A stretch of 64,000 nt of DNA from Phoronis australis. Taxonomy: Eukaryota; Animalia; Phoronida. The notes beneath the pieces were generated by a model, which was given only the letters and a program-made list of their open reading frames with translations, did no database searches and was not told the origin of the DNA. Below are positions 62,001 through 64,000 of the stretch, piece after piece (the stretch's first letter is position 1; every line of letters starts with the position of its first letter). The position numbers and the translations under genes were made by a program. Location: the NCBI GenBank assembly GCA_002633005.1, contig NMRA01000323.1, positions 1 through 64,000 on the forward strand. Reading direction: 5' to 3'.

Positions 62001-64000
62001 CATCTAAACATTGCGCAAAGTTTGCAATCGCTTAAACTTCCGTCAAAAGATATCTGTCGTCTGTGTTTTCACACATCTACACCAATTACTTTTACAGCAT
62101 TTATTACCAGAAGTCAAGAAATAGTTCTTAATCAACTACGTGCTGATATTTCAGTTCATCAATTCTAAAAATTTTAACATAATTTTCAGTTCGCATCAAA
62201 GTGTTTGTATATTTGTCTCATTGAGTAGTGTTAATCGTTTTTTCCCAAATGTCCTGTCAACCAAATAGATCGTGTCCATCTCTTCCAGGCCCTTGATTTA
62301 AACATTGAAGCCATCTCTATTTATCACTCATTACGTAATAATCAACGCACTTCATTTTTACTTTATGGTTCGCAACACCTTTTTTATCTCGCAACAACTT
62401 AACTTAGAGCTGAATATTTTTCCAATGGATATAGCAGAAAAATGCCTGAAGAAGTCGTCCAGTAATCATTGCCGTATCGTTTTCAACGAACTCTCTATGT
62501 TTTTGTGCTCATGTGTGTTTCTTCGTCTGTTTATTTGAAATTTGATTATTCCACTATGTCGTTATACCGTGAGAATTGTCTTTTGTAATTTTGATATCTG
62601 TAATGATCCTCTTCATAATTATTATTATATTTATTAATCTGTCTGCACACAATGGTTTCAGTTTGCGGGCAGTAATTCTATCACTTCTTGTATTATATTT
62701 ATAGTGATTTAAACAGTTAAAAAGCAAAACCTGAGGGGCCATCTCGCGGCCAAAATACATGTACCAGTCGCTTGTCACTTACTGATGATCTTCGTAGTCA
62801 ATTAAACTACGGGGAACCACTGTACACTTTCGCATTTTAAACGCGGCTTTGGGATTTTCTGTACCCGAATCTCAGGTAATAATTTACCTCGGCGTATAAA
62901 ATACAGGGCTTGGAATGACCAAAGACAAAAAAGATGAAGATTTTCCAAGTGATGTATCGTTGCAAATAAATACGCTTGTGTAATAGAAATACTTTTTGTT
63001 TTGTAAAATTCAACTGAAATATACATTTTTGCAAGAATGAAGTCAAAATAATGACAAAAAGTGACTAAAATGAGGAAACTGGAAGTCAAAGAGGAAATCG
63101 AAACCAAAGAAGGAAATTTCCAAGCCCTGAAAATACGAACAATTCGGATTAAAGTTTTGCAGGACACCAAAAATGTCTGTATTTGTCTTAACACCGGAAC
63201 ATCATATCTCAGAAAATACTAATCGGATTCATATGAAACTTTCACGGATTATGCTTTATGCATTTTCCTCAATGTTTTTCTTATGCATGAGTGTCTATCA
63301 AAAATAGAATTAAGTTAATAGTTTCAAAAAACGAAAACGAAACAATTAACTTGAAAACTGTAGTAGTGTTTTCGAGATTTCATGTTGATCCTTTATATCA
63401 ACCGAAATTGGGTCAAGTTGTTTATACCATTGTTTTGCTATGAATGTGCCTTTCTTTCTTGCTAAATTTAGCTGAAAATACATGACCGCGTAAGCCAGAG
63501 GATTGGTAAATGTCACATATCAAATTCTTCAGACTTTCTATTTTCAGAAAATATACGCTTATTATTGAGTTGTAGATATTTAGCAAAAAAAAACTTAATT
63601 AGAAGTTTAGTCGCCATATTCGCCAAGCTCGGTTTCAGAAACGTAAAATTGACTGAATAAAATTAATTGTTTTTCATTAGAAGTTCAATCATAGAGTTTA
63701 CTAAAAGTGGTTTATCAATAACAAAAAATGTAAATTTAACATTTTAGATGTCCCCATTTGAGGTTACTGTAACTAAAACTAATTCGGTGACTCCTCTTTG
63801 TTTCTCAGATTTGTAGTGGTCAAAGACCAAAATACAAAATATGAAAATTTAATAAAATCGACAGTAAATTAACTGTGCCGAACGTGTTTTTAGAAACACC
63901 AAAGGAAAGTCTGATTGTTAAAGTCTATTTTTGTAAGTGTATTTTTGTGTATTTTATTGCGAAAACTAACATGTGGTAGTCAGGGACCCGTTCCAAGAGA

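Overview
Eukaryotic (animal, probably marine invertebrate; species not identifiable from sequence alone) draft-assembly window with two N-gaps (1291-1909, 30493-30820). It holds three spliced genes. RPS25 is on + (exons 2-4 visible). An intact 8-exon sorbitol dehydrogenase-like gene is on - (351 aa), convergent with RPS25, with unusual basic substitutions at active-site positions. An orphan exon on - (38239-38687) encodes a secreted, two-module cysteine-rich peptide precursor (signal peptide, CX3C-X8-CX3C module, KKR site, C-X9-C-X5-CC module), with a possible TATA-driven non-coding first exon about 14 kb upstream. The rest is rich in transposons: two Academ-type relics, a THAP-bearing Kolobok nested in one of them, two Penelope-like fragments, five minimal hammerhead-ribozyme-like motifs, a 6-bp-TSD TGATAC-ended element, tiny 5-bp-TSD MITEs, Harbinger and Tc1 MITEs, tRNA-derived SINEs, foldbacks and microsatellites. 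All calls were made by eye and none were checked against a database.
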